DNA of 64,000 nucleotides from Kofleriaceae bacterium (GTDB taxonomy: Bacteria > Myxococcota_A > Polyangia > Haliangiales > Haliangiaceae): the NCBI GenBank assembly GCA_046597055.1, contig JBKJLC010000178.1:1-64000 (forward strand), in the 5' to 3' direction. Shown piece after piece: positions 29,757 to 46,240 of this stretch (position 1 is its first letter; each line of letters starts with the position of its first letter). The notes under the pieces were generated by a model. It saw nothing but the letters and a program-made list of their open reading frames with translations. It was not told the DNA's origin and searched no databases. Made by a program: the position numbers and the translations under genes.

Positions 29757-32423
29757 TCAACGATGGCGCCGCAGGTAGGCCGCGACCTGCGGCGCATGTC
29801 GGGTGCGAACCGCGGCGCACGCGTCGTACGCGGCCAACCAGCGCGCCCGCTCCGCCGCCCCATAGCGGGGCAGCGTGACGAAGTGAGTATCGATGACCTC
29901 GAGGGCGGCGACGCGGAGGGCGGGATCACAGGTGCTCGGCGCCAGCCACCTGCGGTAGTCCTCGCCGACCTTGGGCAGGAGCGCCGGCGCATGGTCGCGA
30001 AGGAAGGCGAGCTGGACCGGCTGGGTCACCGGGTTTGCCCAGAACACGCCCAGCAGCTCGTGCGAGATCGCCGGCATGGCGAGAACCTGCTCGAGGACCC
30101 GCCGGTAGTGGACCGGATCGCGGATCGCGGACAGCGCGTTCGCCATCGCGCGACGCGCCAACGCGCGGGGCTCGGTACCGAGCCGGGCGAGGAGCTTGTC
30201 GGCCAACGAGCCGTCGCCGACCGCGACGGCCGTCGCGAGCACCGGATACCACATGGAGTCGGGCACCACGCCATGATCGTCGAGCCAGCGATGCGCCAGC
30301 GCGGTCGCCTCGCGTACGAGCGCAGGGTCGCGCGTGACCCGCGCCACCAGCGGAACCACCCTGCGCCGCATCGCTGCGGCCACCAGGCCTTCACCGGCGC
30401 GGGGGCGCCAGCCGACGCGGCGCGCGAGCTTGCCGACGCTGCCGCGGACGAGACGCGCGAACGCCGGTCGGTCGGGGGCAGCGACCTCCAGCTCCACGGC
30501 ACCGAGCGTCTGGATCGCGATTCCGGCCAGCTCGGGCACCGAGCTAGCGGTGAGCACCGGCAGCAGCTCCAGCGCGGCCGAGAGGTCGAGCTGCAGCAAG
30601 TCCACGAGCGCGCTGGTGTCGCCGGCCATCGCGACCTGCTCGGCCGGGCTGAGCTGCTTCCAGCCCCGGATCAGCGCGGCGCGCAGGTCCGGCGAGAGCT
30701 CGCTGACGTAGTCGCCGCCGGGACCTGGAATGATGCTGGCCGGACAGCGCGGGCCGAGCTCGAGATGGCCCGCGGCCTCGGTGAGGAGCGTGCACCGCGG
30801 CGTCGACTCGCCGGGAACCCGGACACAGATCGGGATGTGCCACCGCCCGGTCGCGGCCGCCCCGTCGAGCTGGTAGCGGCGCTGGCGCAGGGCCACCCGC
30901 GCCGGACCGCCGGCCGGACATTCCAGGGCCATCGAGACGATCGGCGCACCGGGCTGATCGAGCCAGGTCGCGAACGGCGTTGCGACGTCGACCTGACTGG
31001 CCTCGCCGATCGCCTGCAGGAAATCGGCGGCAGTGGCGTTGCCGCCGCGGTGGCGCGCGAGGTACTGGCGGACGCCGGCGCGGAACACGTCCGCGCCGAG
31101 CCACTGCTCGAACATGTGGATCACCGTCGCGCCCTTGGCGTAGGTGATCTGGTCGAAGGCGCGGCCGATGTCGTTCTTCTCGCCGATCGGCTGGCGGATC
31201 GCGCGCGCGGACGGATCCCGTTCTGCGCCGATCGCGTCGAGCCGAGTGGCGGTCGCACCGAGGGCACCGCCGAACCCGACGTAGCCATCGGCGAGCAACC
31301 GGTCGGCCATCCAGGTGGAGAACGCCTCGTTCAGCCACAGGTCGTCCCACCAGGCGAGCGTGACCAGGTTGCCGAACCACTGATGCGCAAGCTCGTGCGC
31401 CATGAAGTCGATCCCGGTCCGACGCACGGCGTCGCTCTCGCCGTCGCCGATGAGCAAGAGGCGCGGGGCGTACGTGATGAGGCCGACGTTCTCCATGGCG
31501 CCGCCGGGGCGACCGGGGATGACGACGTGGTCAAGCTTCTCGTAGGGGTACGGAATGCCCGTGTAGGCCTCGAGCGCGGCGACCAGCGGTCCGGACTGCC
31601 GGGCCATGAACGCCGCTTCGGCGGTGCGACCGCGTGGGACCAGGATGCGCATCGGCGCGCCGCCGCGGGTGGTGCCGGCGTCGACCGCCTCGAACCGGCC
31701 GACCGCGAAGGCGAACAGGTAGCTGGGGATCGGCTGGGTCGGTGCGAACTCGACGCGCCGTCGCCCCGCGGCGACCGGTGTCTCGCGCGCGATCGGCGTG
31801 TTGGACGCGGCGAGCAGGTCCGCAGGCACGGTGAGCTCGAGCTGCCAGGGCACCTTGAAGCCGGGCTCGTCGAAGCACGGCGCGACCCTCCGGGCGCCCA
31901 TGGGTTCCAGATCGGTGACGACGTACCAGTCACCGCGCTCCTCGGAGCGGATCATGCCGTCGGTCTGGCCGGTCGGCTGGATGCCCGTGTACTCGAGCTC
32001 GACCGTGAGGCGGCCCGGATCGAGGACGCGGTCACCGACCAGCCCGATCACGCCCTCGGGACCTGCGACCACGCGCAGCGGACGGTCACCGGTGGCGGAC
32101 GAGACCCGAGCAGATGCGATCGTCAGATTGTGGGCGTTGAGCCACAGCGGATTCACGGCCTCGCGCACCTCGATGTCGATCGCGACCCGGCCGCGGAAGG
32201 TCTCGAGCGCTGGGTCGACGTCGAGTGCGAGTCGGTAGGCGAGCGGACGCGCCGCGGTCGACAGCCGGATCCCGTCCGGGGCGGGCGTGGTCGCGACGGC
32301 GACCGCTGGCGACGGCGCGACCGGGGTGGCCGGCGCGGACGGAGGTGCGACTCGCGGCGGGGCGCCACAGGTAGCCAGCACGAGGGCAGCGAGGCCAGGG
32401 AAGACGAAGCGGCGGACGGACAT
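29757..32423 (-). CDS. M1-family aminopeptidase lipoprotein
   Basis: GAMEN, HELAHQW...LNEAF and YAKGA motifs; lipobox LATC. Confidence 0.92.
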   Translation of the reverse strand: MSVRRFVFPGLAALVLATCGAPPRVAPPSAPATPVAPSPAVAVATTPAPDGIRLSTAARPLAYRLALDVDPALETFRGRVAIDIEVREAVNPLWLNAHNLTIASARVSSATGDRPLRVVAGPEGVIGLVGDRVLDPGRLTVELEYTGIQPTGQTDGMIRSEERGDWYVVTDLEPMGARRVAPCFDEPGFKVPWQLELTVPADLLAASNTPIARETPVAAGRRRVEFAPTQPIPSYLFAFAVGRFEAVDAGTTRGGAPMRILVPRGRTAEAAFMARQSGPLVAALEAYTGIPYPYEKLDHVVIPGRPGGAMENVGLITYAPRLLLIGDGESDAVRRTGIDFMAHELAHQWFGNLVTLAWWDDLWLNEAFSTWMADRLLADGYVGFGGALGATATRLDAIGAERDPSARAIRQPIGEKNDIGRAFDQITYAKGATVIHMFEQWLGADVFRAGVRQYLARHRGGNATAADFLQAIGEASQVDVATPFATWLDQPGAPIVSMALECPAGGPARVALRQRRYQLDGAAATGRWHIPICVRVPGESTPRCTLLTEAAGHLELGPRCPASIIPGPGGDYVSELSPDLRAALIRGWKQLSPAEQVAMAGDTSALVDLLQLDLSAALELLPVLTASSVPELAGIAIQTLGAVELEVAAPDRPAFARLVRGSVGKLARRVGWRPRAGEGLVAAAMRRRVVPLVARVTRDPALVREATALAHRWLDDHGVVPDSMWYPVLATAVAVGDGSLADKLLARLGTEPRALARRAMANALSAIRDPVHYRRVLEQVLAMPAISHELLGVFWANPVTQPVQLAFLRDHAPALLPKVGEDYRRWLAPSTCDPALRVAALEVIDTHFVTLPRYGAAERARWLAAYDACAAVRTRHAPQVAAYLRRHR

Positions 32424-32681
32424 GAACGACTCCGGTCGAACGGATACACGAAGACGCCCGGCCTGTCGGGCAGGCCGGGCCGCGGTTGCGAGGCACCGCA
32501 CAGGTCGACGGCTCCGCCGGCAGGGCCTGGCAAGGTCCGCCGCTGGATGAACCAAGCTGCGCCCCGCCCCGCGGGCCCGGCGTTCGTCCGCTCGATCGCC
32601 GACCCGCCGTGCTATGTGCCGTCTGATGTACCGGCACGTGTGCACGCTGACGACGCTCGACCGCGCCGCGGGGGTCACCCC

Positions 32682-34079
<1,398 letters not shown>

Positions 34080-34159
34080 CCTGACAGCCTCCTGTCAGGT
34101 TTGCGCGCCCGCGCCGAGGGCGGCCCGAGCCGCCGCGCCAGGGTGCGCTAGGGTGCGCC

Positions 34160-38812
<4,653 letters not shown>

Positions 38813-38821
38813 CCCACCGCC

Positions 38822-39646
38822 ATGCCCGAAGGCGACAGCATCTTCCGGGTCGCGACCCAGCTCCGGCCCCACCTCCTCCCCACCCCGCTGACGTCGGTCA
38901 CGATCGCGGGCGCCACCCGCCACGACCTCGCCGGCGCGCAGGTCACCGCGGTCACCCCGCTCGGCAAGCACCTCCTGATCGATCTCGATCGCGGCTGGCA
39001 GCTCCGCATCCACCTCGGCATGAACGGCCGCTGGCGCCGGTTCCGCGCCGGCGGTGACGCCCCGCCACCGTCGGCCTCGCTCATCCTCACCACCGCGACC
39101 GACGGCTTCGCCTGCTTGCGGGCCAAGACCGTCGAGCTGTCGGCGGTCCGCGACCCGCGCCACGGCCGCGCGATCGCCGCGCTCGGCCCCGACGTCCTCG
39201 ACCCCGGGTTCGACCCCACCATCGCGGCCGCCCGGGCGCTCGCCACCGGCGGCGAGATCGGCCACGTCCTCCTCGATCAGCGGGTCTCCTGCGGCATCGG
39301 CAACGTCTACAAGTGCGAGGCGCTGTACGTGCAGCGCACCAGCCCGTTCATCGACGTCAGGGCCCTGCCACCCGACCAGGTCGCGGCGCTGTTCCTCGCC
39401 GCCAGCCGCCTGATGCGCGCCAACCTGACGCCCGGCATGCGCCGCACCCGCCCCGGCTTCCGCGAGAGCCGCTTCGACCGCTACCACGTCTATCGCCGCG
39501 CTGGCCGCCCGTGCGAGCGCTGCGGCACCCGCATCGCGACCGCGGTCCAGGGCGTCAACACCCCGCGCACCACCTACTACTGCCCGACCTGCCAGCCGAC
39601 GCCGCCCGGCATCACCCCACGGCGCCGCGGCCGGCGCCCGGTGTAG
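38822..39646 (+). CDS. Fpg/Nei family DNA glycosylase (Nei-like)
   Basis: MPEGD N-terminus, GKHL, HLGMNG, H2TH GIGNVY and zinc finger CERC...CPTC. Confidence 0.92.
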   Translation: MPEGDSIFRVATQLRPHLLPTPLTSVTIAGATRHDLAGAQVTAVTPLGKHLLIDLDRGWQLRIHLGMNGRWRRFRAGGDAPPPSASLILTTATDGFACLRAKTVELSAVRDPRHGRAIAALGPDVLDPGFDPTIAAARALATGGEIGHVLLDQRVSCGIGNVYKCEALYVQRTSPFIDVRALPPDQVAALFLAASRLMRANLTPGMRRTRPGFRESRFDRYHVYRRAGRPCERCGTRIATAVQGVNTPRTTYYCPTCQPTPPGITPRRRGRRPV

Positions 39647-39655
39647 CCTCACCCC

Positions 39656-40144
39656 ATGCCTCGCCTCGCGGTCACCGCCGCCGCTGTCGCCACCGTCGCC
39701 CTCGGATGCGGCTCGTCGCCGCCGCCACCGCCGGTCCTGTCCAACACCAGCGCGGCGCCGCTCGAGCCCGAGGCCACCGGCCCCGCGTCCGGCGCCACCG
39801 ACGGCGCGCTGTGGACCTGCCAGATCGGCGACTACGACCCGCAGCCGTGCAAGCTCGGCCGCGACGGCGACCGCTGGACCCTGCGCAAGCTGCTCGGCTC
39901 GCAGCGGTTCCGCGGCGCGGTGACCTTCGCGCCCGACGGGTCGATCACCTTCGATGGCAGCTACTTCTGCCCGTGGGGCGAGTGCGACCAACCCATGCAG
40001 ACGACCTTCCAGCGCACCGACGACGGCGGGTACGCGACCGGGTTCGACAACGACACCATCCGCCTCGAGTGGAACCCCGACAACGCCCGCGCGTACGGCG
40101 GCGCCGGCTACGGGGCCCTGACCGGCGACGAGACCGGCGACTAG
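39656..40144 (+). CDS. Hypothetical lipoprotein
   Basis: Lipobox-like ALGC, paired cysteines, GC-rich third positions. Confidence 0.7.
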   Translation: MPRLAVTAAAVATVALGCGSSPPPPPVLSNTSAAPLEPEATGPASGATDGALWTCQIGDYDPQPCKLGRDGDRWTLRKLLGSQRFRGAVTFAPDGSITFDGSYFCPWGECDQPMQTTFQRTDDGGYATGFDNDTIRLEWNPDNARAYGGAGYGALTGDETGD

Positions 40145-40203
40145 ACGACGAGTGCCCGCGGGACCACGGGCACCGACCGCGGCGCTGCGCTATCTTCGGG
40201 GCG

Positions 40204-40941
40204 ATGGCGCGCCGGATCGGGTCTGTCTTCGCCGCTGCGTCGCTGGCGCTGGTGCTGGCGACCGGCGCGTGCCGCGCGTCGCTCGGCGGCAAGGCGCCCC
40301 CGGCCGAGGGCGGCGTGGCCGCCCTGGTCCGAGCCCTCGAGGGCGACGACCCGCGCGCCGCCTACGCGCTTCTCTCGCGGCACACCCGCAAGCAGGTCAG
40401 CTTCGAGGCGTTCGCGATCCAGTGGAAGGCGAGCCGCATCGAACGCGCCTGGCAGGCCGCGCGCCTGGCCGAGGCGCTCCGCGGCGATCCCGACGTCGGC
40501 GAGCGCGCCGCGGTGACCTACCCCGACGGCAAGTCGGTGCTGCTCGAGCGCGAGGGCGCGCGCTGGCGGCTCGAGTCGGCGCTGATCTCACGGGTCCGCG
40601 CCGGCCGCCCGCGCGACGCCATCCGCATGTTCGCCGAGGCAGTGCGCCACAACGACCTGGAGGCGATGCTGCGCACGCTCACGCTGCGCCGCCGCGAGGG
40701 CCTGGCCCGCCAGATCGAGGGCTTCCTCGCCGGCATCGATCGCAAGGTCGACGGCAAGCTCGAGGAGATCGGCAACGACCGCGCCGAGCTGCGCTGGGAC
40801 GAGAACGGCGTGCGCTTCCGGATCGTGCTCCGCAAGGAGGATGACGAGTGGCGCATCGACGACATCCACATCCACCCGGTGCCCAAGGGCGAGGCCGACG
40901 ACGACGCCGCCGGCGAACCGGACGACGACATCATCTTCTGA
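40204..40941 (+). CDS. Hypothetical lipoprotein
   Basis: Signal ending TGAC; two internal segments ending WRLES / WRIDD. Confidence 0.75.
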   Translation: MARRIGSVFAAASLALVLATGACRASLGGKAPPAEGGVAALVRALEGDDPRAAYALLSRHTRKQVSFEAFAIQWKASRIERAWQAARLAEALRGDPDVGERAAVTYPDGKSVLLEREGARWRLESALISRVRAGRPRDAIRMFAEAVRHNDLEAMLRTLTLRRREGLARQIEGFLAGIDRKVDGKLEEIGNDRAELRWDENGVRFRIVLRKEDDEWRIDDIHIHPVPKGEADDDAAGEPDDDIIF

Positions 40942-41223
40942 GCAGCCCCGCACGCGCGGGTCCGGCGCGGCCGGACTCGCCGTCGGCGCGGCCAAGGTCC
41001 CGTCGCTGGCTCGATCCGGGGTCCCCGGATGCGTCGCGCGGCCGTGCCATTGCCTCTGCTCACCGACGCCCGCACCACCCGGCCCTGGAATTTACGAGCG
41101 CTCTGGGACCTCGACCCCGCCTCGACTCGTCCTCCGTGCTGACCACGAACACCGGACTCATGCTCGGCATCTTCTGGCTGCGATCGTCAGGCGGGCTGTC
41201 CGCCGGACCGATCTGACCGCGAG

Positions 41224-41505
41224 CTAGCCGGCGTCGTCGAGCCCGCGCCGCACCAGGGCCTCGGTGGGGCGCATCGCCGCCAGGTCGCGCAGCAGCGCCT
41301 CGTAGTCGCGCGCGCGCGGCACCGGGGGGCCGGGCAGCACCTCTCGATCGTCGAACGGCGCCACGTCGGGTGGCGCCTCGCCGAGGACCACGCCGCCGCG
41401 GGCGCGGAACTCCTGGGAGAACGCCTCGCGCGTCATCCGGTCCCCGAGCACCGGGACCGGACCGACCGGGAACCGATCCTGCGCGCGGATCTCGAGCGCG
41501 AGCAC
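41224..41505 (-). CDS. Small hypothetical protein or 3' gene remnant
   Basis: Coding-like codon usage only in the 3' part of ORF 41224..41730. Confidence 0.35.
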   Translation of the reverse strand: MLALEIRAQDRFPVGPVPVLGDRMTREAFSQEFRARGGVVLGEAPPDVAPFDDREVLPGPPVPRARDYEALLRDLAAMRPTEALVRRGLDDAG

Positions 41506-41711
41506 GCGGCGCGACCGCTGGCCGCGCGTGCCTGATCGGTGACGCAGGTGCGCCCTACGTGTCGCGCCTACATGTCGTGGCCTCGCGGTTGCGGTCCGCA
41601 TCGCTGGCACTCGACGTCGCTTCGCCCGTGCCACGCGAACCGCACTTGGATGTCCCGACGCTGAATCACGGCCCAGTGCGGGCGATGCTGCTGCTATGGT
41701 CAGCACCTGGC

Positions 41712-44700
41712 ATGACCGCGGAGCTTTCACGGGTCGCTGACATCGGGGGGCGATTCACGGAGCGGCGGCAGCTGGGCGGCGGCGCGATGGGCACGGTGTA
41801 TCGCGTGTACGACGCCGAGCGCCACGCCGAGGTGGCGCTCAAGATCCTGCGTCGCGTCGACGGCGCCGCGCTCGCGCGCTTCAAGCGCGAGTTCCGCTCG
41901 CTCGCCGGTCTCGTACACCCAAACCTGGTGACGCTGTACGAGCTGGGCTCGGTCGGAGACGTCTGGTTTTTGACCATGGAACTGGTCGAGGGGTGCGACT
42001 TCCTCGAGCATGTCCGACCGTACCGACAGGCGCTCGCGGTCGAGTCGCAGCAGCTGGATGATCACAAGCCGGTCAGTCGTACCCGCAGCTCCACGAATGC
42101 GGCCGACAGCGACCGCACCACCACGATGCTTACCCCAGAGCCCGGCGACCCGGTCAGCACCGTGAACCGGGCCAACTTGCGCGCTCGCGAGGCGATCGTC
42201 CGGGCGCGCCTCGACGAGCCCCGGCTGCGCGCGTCGTTTGCGCAGCTCGCGCAGGGGCTGGTGGCGCTGCACGACGCGGGCAGTCTGCACTGTGATCTCA
42301 AGCCTTCGAACGTCCTGGTGTCGACGCAGGGGCGCGTGCTGCTTTGCGACTTTGGCCTGGTCGCCGATCTGCGGCAGGAGTCACGTAGCCCGGAGCAAGA
42401 GATCGCTGGCACGCCCGCGTACATGTCTCCCGAACAGGCGAACGGTGAGCCGCTCGGCGAGGCGACGGACTGGTACAGCGCCGGCGTCATGCTCTACGAG
42501 GCGCTCACGGGCCATCGCCCGTTCGCGGGCGCGCCCGCGGCTGTCCTGCGCGCCAAGCTGGAGCGCGCGGCAGCTCCGGTCAGGGAGATCGCGCCCGACG
42601 CGCCCGCCGATCTTGCCGAGCTGTGTGACGCGTTGCTAGCGCGCGATCCGTCGGCGCGCGCCTCCCGCGCCGACGTGTTCACACGCCGGGCGGCCTGGGG
42701 TGCCCACGCACACGCTGTGACCACGGCGGGCGAGCGCGACGCCGTGCCGTTCGTCGGGCGACAGGCGCAGCTGGTCGCCATCGAGCAAGCGTTCGCGGAC
42801 GCGCGCACGGGCTGCGTCCCGGTGCTGCTCGCCGGCCTCTCCGGCATGGGGAAGACATCGCTCGCCCGCGCCTTCCTCGAGCGTGCGCAGCAGGACCCGC
42901 GCGTGCTGGTCCTCGCGGGCCGCTGCTACCAGAATGAGTCGGTGCCCTACAAGGCCATCGACGCGCTGGTCGATAGCCTGGGCAGTTACCTCGCAGGCCT
43001 GCCCGAGCCCGAGCGCCAGGTGGTGATGCGCGACGAGGCCCACGCGCTGGCGCGGCTGTTCCCGGTGCTGGCGCGCCTCGAGGAGGGACGGCCGCCCGGC
43101 CGCGACGAGTCGGGCGATTCACAGCAGCTGCGCCAGCGTGCGTTCGACGGACTCACCCGCATTCTCGCGCGGATCGCGCAAACCCGACCGACGGTGTTGT
43201 TCATCGACGACCTGCAGTGGGGTGACCTCGACTCGGCGGCATTTCTGGCGGGGCTGGCGCAGGCACGCGCGGCCGCGCCCGTGTTGCTGCTCGTCACCTA
43301 CCGCACCGATGAGCAGGCCACGAGCCCGCTCCTGCGCGCGCTGCTCGACTCGGACTCCGTCACCTGTATCCTGAGCCAGGCCCGCACGATCGCGGTCGAC
43401 TCGCTGGCCGACGACGAAGCGCGCGCGCTGGCGACGTCGATCGTGCGCGACCAGGGACGCTCCGCGTCGTCGCTGGATGCGATCTTGCGCGAGTCACGCG
43501 GTCATCCGCTCTTCCTGAGCGAGCTTGCGCGCGCGGTCGGCGCGGCCAGGGAGCCACACGACGACCGGCCGGTCGCGCTCGACGCGCTCCTCCAGGATCG
43601 AGTGCGGGCATTGCCCGCGGAGGCGCGCGCCCTGATGATGACGACCGCCCTGGTCGGTCGTCCCATGCCGGTCTCGTTGCTGGCCCAGGCGGCCGAGCTG
43701 CAGGACGAGCCCGCGGCGGCGGCCGTGCTGCTCGCGCAGCACCTGGTGCGAAGCCGTAGGCGCGAGGGGATCGAGCAGTTCGAGCCTTACCACGATCGCA
43801 TCCGCGAGGCGTCGATCGCTCTGTTATCGGCGGACGAGGCGCGCGCCTACCACGCGCGCATCGCGAGCGTGCTCGAGCGGGAGCCGGACGGCGATCCGCT
43901 GCCACTCGCCGAGCACTGGCTGGCGGCCGGCGAGCTCCAGCGCGCCGGTGTCTACGTGGCCGAAGCGGCGGCACGCGCCGAGCGTGCGCTGGCGTTCTCC
44001 AGCGCGGCGCGCCTCCATCGCCTGCACCTCGAGCTCGTCGAAGGGCTCGATGATGACCGGCGCCGGATCGTGCAGGTGAAGCTCGCCGACGCGCTGAGCA
44101 ACGCGGGCGCCCTGGTCGAGGCCGCCGACGCGTTTCGCGCTGCCGCCGACGGCGCACCCACGGGCGTGGCGATCAACCTGCGCGCTCGGGCCGCCGGGGA
44201 GCTCATCCGTTCCGGCAAGCTCGACGAAGGCCTGGCGCTGGCTCAAGCGGTGCTGCAGGAGGTAGGCCTCAAGCTACCGAAGGGGCGTGTGCGCATCCTG
44301 GCGGGCCTGTTGCTGCGCCGCGCGTGGGTGGCCGTGCGCGGCCTTCGCTTCCACGACGTGCCACCGGAGGATTGGTCCGAGCACGTCGCCCACCGCATCG
44401 ACGCCTGCCAGGCCGTCGCAGGCGGCCTGAGCACAGTGCTACCCGTGCACGGCGCCTACTTCCACGCCCGCCAGCTCTTGTGGGCGCGCCGCCTGGGAGA
44501 CCCGCGTCGCTTCGCACTCGCGCTCAACCTCGAGGTCGGCTTTCGCAGCCTGGCGGGCGCCCGATCGCGGCCGGCGGTGGTGCGCATCGTGGCCCAGGCC
44601 ACCAAGCTCGGGGAACGGGCCGGCGGCCCCGTTGTCGCCGGCTTCGCCGTCGGCGGAAACGGCTTGTCGGCGTTTCTCGCCGGTGACTTCACGACCGCGT

Positions 44701-45557
44701 TTCGCGACTGCTTCCTCGGCGCGTCGATGCTGCGCTTCGACGCACCATCGATCGATAGCGGGCCCGATCTGCGCTGGCAGCGACGCATCTTCGAGCTCTA
44801 CGGCCTGGCCGCCGCGCAGTACCTGGGAAAGATGAGCGAGGTCATCGAGATGGTGCCGCCACGGCTGCGCCTGGCGCTCGAGACTGGCGACGAGTACATC
44901 GCCAAGGCGCTTCGCGCCTGGCGCACGAACCTCATGTGGCTGGCGCTCGACGATGTCGACGAGGCCCAGCGGCAGGCGGAGGCCGGCGCGCCGCCGCCCG
45001 TGACCGATACCTTCACCATCCAGCACTACTATCAGATGCTGACGCGCTGCCAGATCAACCTCTACCGTGGCGACGTCGAGCCGGCCTGGCAGCGCGCCGA
45101 ACAATCCTGGCTGGCGCTACGTCGCACGATGCACCTGCGCCTGCAAAGCGTGCGCGTCGAGGGCGCGTTCCTGCGCGCTCGCTGCGCGCTTGCCGGGGCT
45201 GCCGTCGCGACGACGCCCCGCGATAGCCGCGATCGCCTCGCGATCGCCCGCGCCGCCGGGAACGCGCTCGCGCGCGAGCCCGTCGCCTGGTCGCAGGCGT
45301 TGGCCACGCTCGTGCGCGCCACGCTCGAGCACCGAGCCGCTCGGCCAGAGGCGGCCTGCGCCCTGCTGGTCGAGGCCGCGACGCGCTGCGAGCAGGCGGG
45401 GCTCGGCCTGCACGCCGCGGTCGCGCGCCGCCGCCTGGCCGAGCTTCGCGGCGCCGACGCGATCGCGATCGCGCGCGAGGATGCGCACATGGTGCGCGCC
45501 GGCGTCCGCGCGCCTGCGCGCTTCGCCGGGCTCTACGCCCCGGGCTGGGGCGCCTGA
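41712..45557 (+). CDS. Ser/Thr kinase fused to AAA/STAND-like ATPase and helical repeat domain
   Basis: GGGAMG, VALK, HCDLKPSN, DFG, GTPAYMSPE; Walker A GLSGMGKT; Walker B LFIDDLQW. Confidence 0.92.
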   Translation: MTAELSRVADIGGRFTERRQLGGGAMGTVYRVYDAERHAEVALKILRRVDGAALARFKREFRSLAGLVHPNLVTLYELGSVGDVWFLTMELVEGCDFLEHVRPYRQALAVESQQLDDHKPVSRTRSSTNAADSDRTTTMLTPEPGDPVSTVNRANLRAREAIVRARLDEPRLRASFAQLAQGLVALHDAGSLHCDLKPSNVLVSTQGRVLLCDFGLVADLRQESRSPEQEIAGTPAYMSPEQANGEPLGEATDWYSAGVMLYEALTGHRPFAGAPAAVLRAKLERAAAPVREIAPDAPADLAELCDALLARDPSARASRADVFTRRAAWGAHAHAVTTAGERDAVPFVGRQAQLVAIEQAFADARTGCVPVLLAGLSGMGKTSLARAFLERAQQDPRVLVLAGRCYQNESVPYKAIDALVDSLGSYLAGLPEPERQVVMRDEAHALARLFPVLARLEEGRPPGRDESGDSQQLRQRAFDGLTRILARIAQTRPTVLFIDDLQWGDLDSAAFLAGLAQARAAAPVLLLVTYRTDEQATSPLLRALLDSDSVTCILSQARTIAVDSLADDEARALATSIVRDQGRSASSLDAILRESRGHPLFLSELARAVGAAREPHDDRPVALDALLQDRVRALPAEARALMMTTALVGRPMPVSLLAQAAELQDEPAAAAVLLAQHLVRSRRREGIEQFEPYHDRIREASIALLSADEARAYHARIASVLEREPDGDPLPLAEHWLAAGELQRAGVYVAEAAARAERALAFSSAARLHRLHLELVEGLDDDRRRIVQVKLADALSNAGALVEAADAFRAAADGAPTGVAINLRARAAGELIRSGKLDEGLALAQAVLQEVGLKLPKGRVRILAGLLLRRAWVAVRGLRFHDVPPEDWSEHVAHRIDACQAVAGGLSTVLPVHGAYFHARQLLWARRLGDPRRFALALNLEVGFRSLAGARSRPAVVRIVAQATKLGERAGGPVVAGFAVGGNGLSAFLAGDFTTAFRDCFLGASMLRFDAPSIDSGPDLRWQRRIFELYGLAAAQYLGKMSEVIEMVPPRLRLALETGDEYIAKALRAWRTNLMWLALDDVDEAQRQAEAGAPPPVTDTFTIQHYYQMLTRCQINLYRGDVEPAWQRAEQSWLALRRTMHLRLQSVRVEGAFLRARCALAGAAVATTPRDSRDRLAIARAAGNALAREPVAWSQALATLVRATLEHRAARPEAACALLVEAATRCEQAGLGLHAAVARRRLAELRGADAIAIAREDAHMVRAGVRAPARFAGLYAPGWGA

Positions 45558-45651
45558 GCCACGCCGGTCACCCGGGTTCTGTCATCGTGATCGTCCTCCG
45601 CCGACCCTCAGGGCCGATAGAGCCCGCCGGCGCCGGACGTGAACGTCCGCG

Positions 45652-46233
45652 CTACTTGTAGCCGCGGCCGAGCAGCATCTTGGCCGACGCCGCGAAGCTG
45701 TCCGCGCCGGGCACGTCCCACGCGAACGCGTCCGCCATCCGGGTGATGACGTTGAACGCGTAGCCGACCATGAGCGCCTCGATCACGCCCTCGCGCGAGA
45801 CCCCGGCCGCGAGCAGCGGCTTGAAGTCGGCCGCGGTCAGGCCGGCGTGGTCGCGCGTCACCTTGGTGAGGAGGCGCAGCGCCGCCTTCACCTTGTCGGG
45901 CAGGTCGGTCGCGTCCGGATCGACCAGCGCCGCCGCGACCTTGGCATCACCGAGCACCTTCGACGCGACCGCGCCGTGGGCCTTCGTTCAAAACTCGCAC
46001 TCGTTCGTCTTCGACACCCACGCCGCGAACAGCTCGCGCTCGCCGATCGACCACTCCGACGGCCCCCGCATGACCTCCTGGAACATCACCTTCATCGGCG
46101 CGCCGAACAGCTCGCTCCGGTAGGTCAAGGTCCGGACCACGTCGGGCGCGCGGTGGCCGCTCACCACCCGGATCATCGCGAAGAACAGCTTGGCCTTGAG
46201 GCCGCGCCCGCGCTCGATCGACGGCACCCGCAT
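45652..46233 (-). CDS. AhpD/carboxymuconolactone-decarboxylase-family peroxidase-like protein with in-frame TGA (candidate selenoprotein, CxxU)
   Basis: Reads ERELFAAWVSKTNECEF-TGA(45988-45990)-TKAHGAVA and stays in frame to TAG at 45652; TGA occupies the second Cys of CxxC. Alternative start GTG 46239. Confidence 0.8.
45961..45976 (-). promoter_or_regulatory. Putative bacterial SECIS hairpin
   Basis: CGGCGC-GGUC-GCGUCG stem-loop at +15..+30 counting from the U of UGA. Confidence 0.55.
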
Positions 46234-46240
46234 CGCCACG

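Noticed and set aside
29637..32681. N-terminal ~1000 aa of the 1480-aa ORF (apparent giant EBP fusion)
   Set aside because: Antisense shadow of the aminopeptidase; the real EBP starts near 32682. The same applies to the 5' extensions of ORFs 29757..33977, 2249..4057, 23371..27078 and 45988..47835
45652..45957. Stand-alone 101-aa ORF, or a nonsense pseudogene
   Set aside because: Better explained as the C-terminal half of a UGA-recoded AhpD-like gene; a pseudogene is not fully excluded
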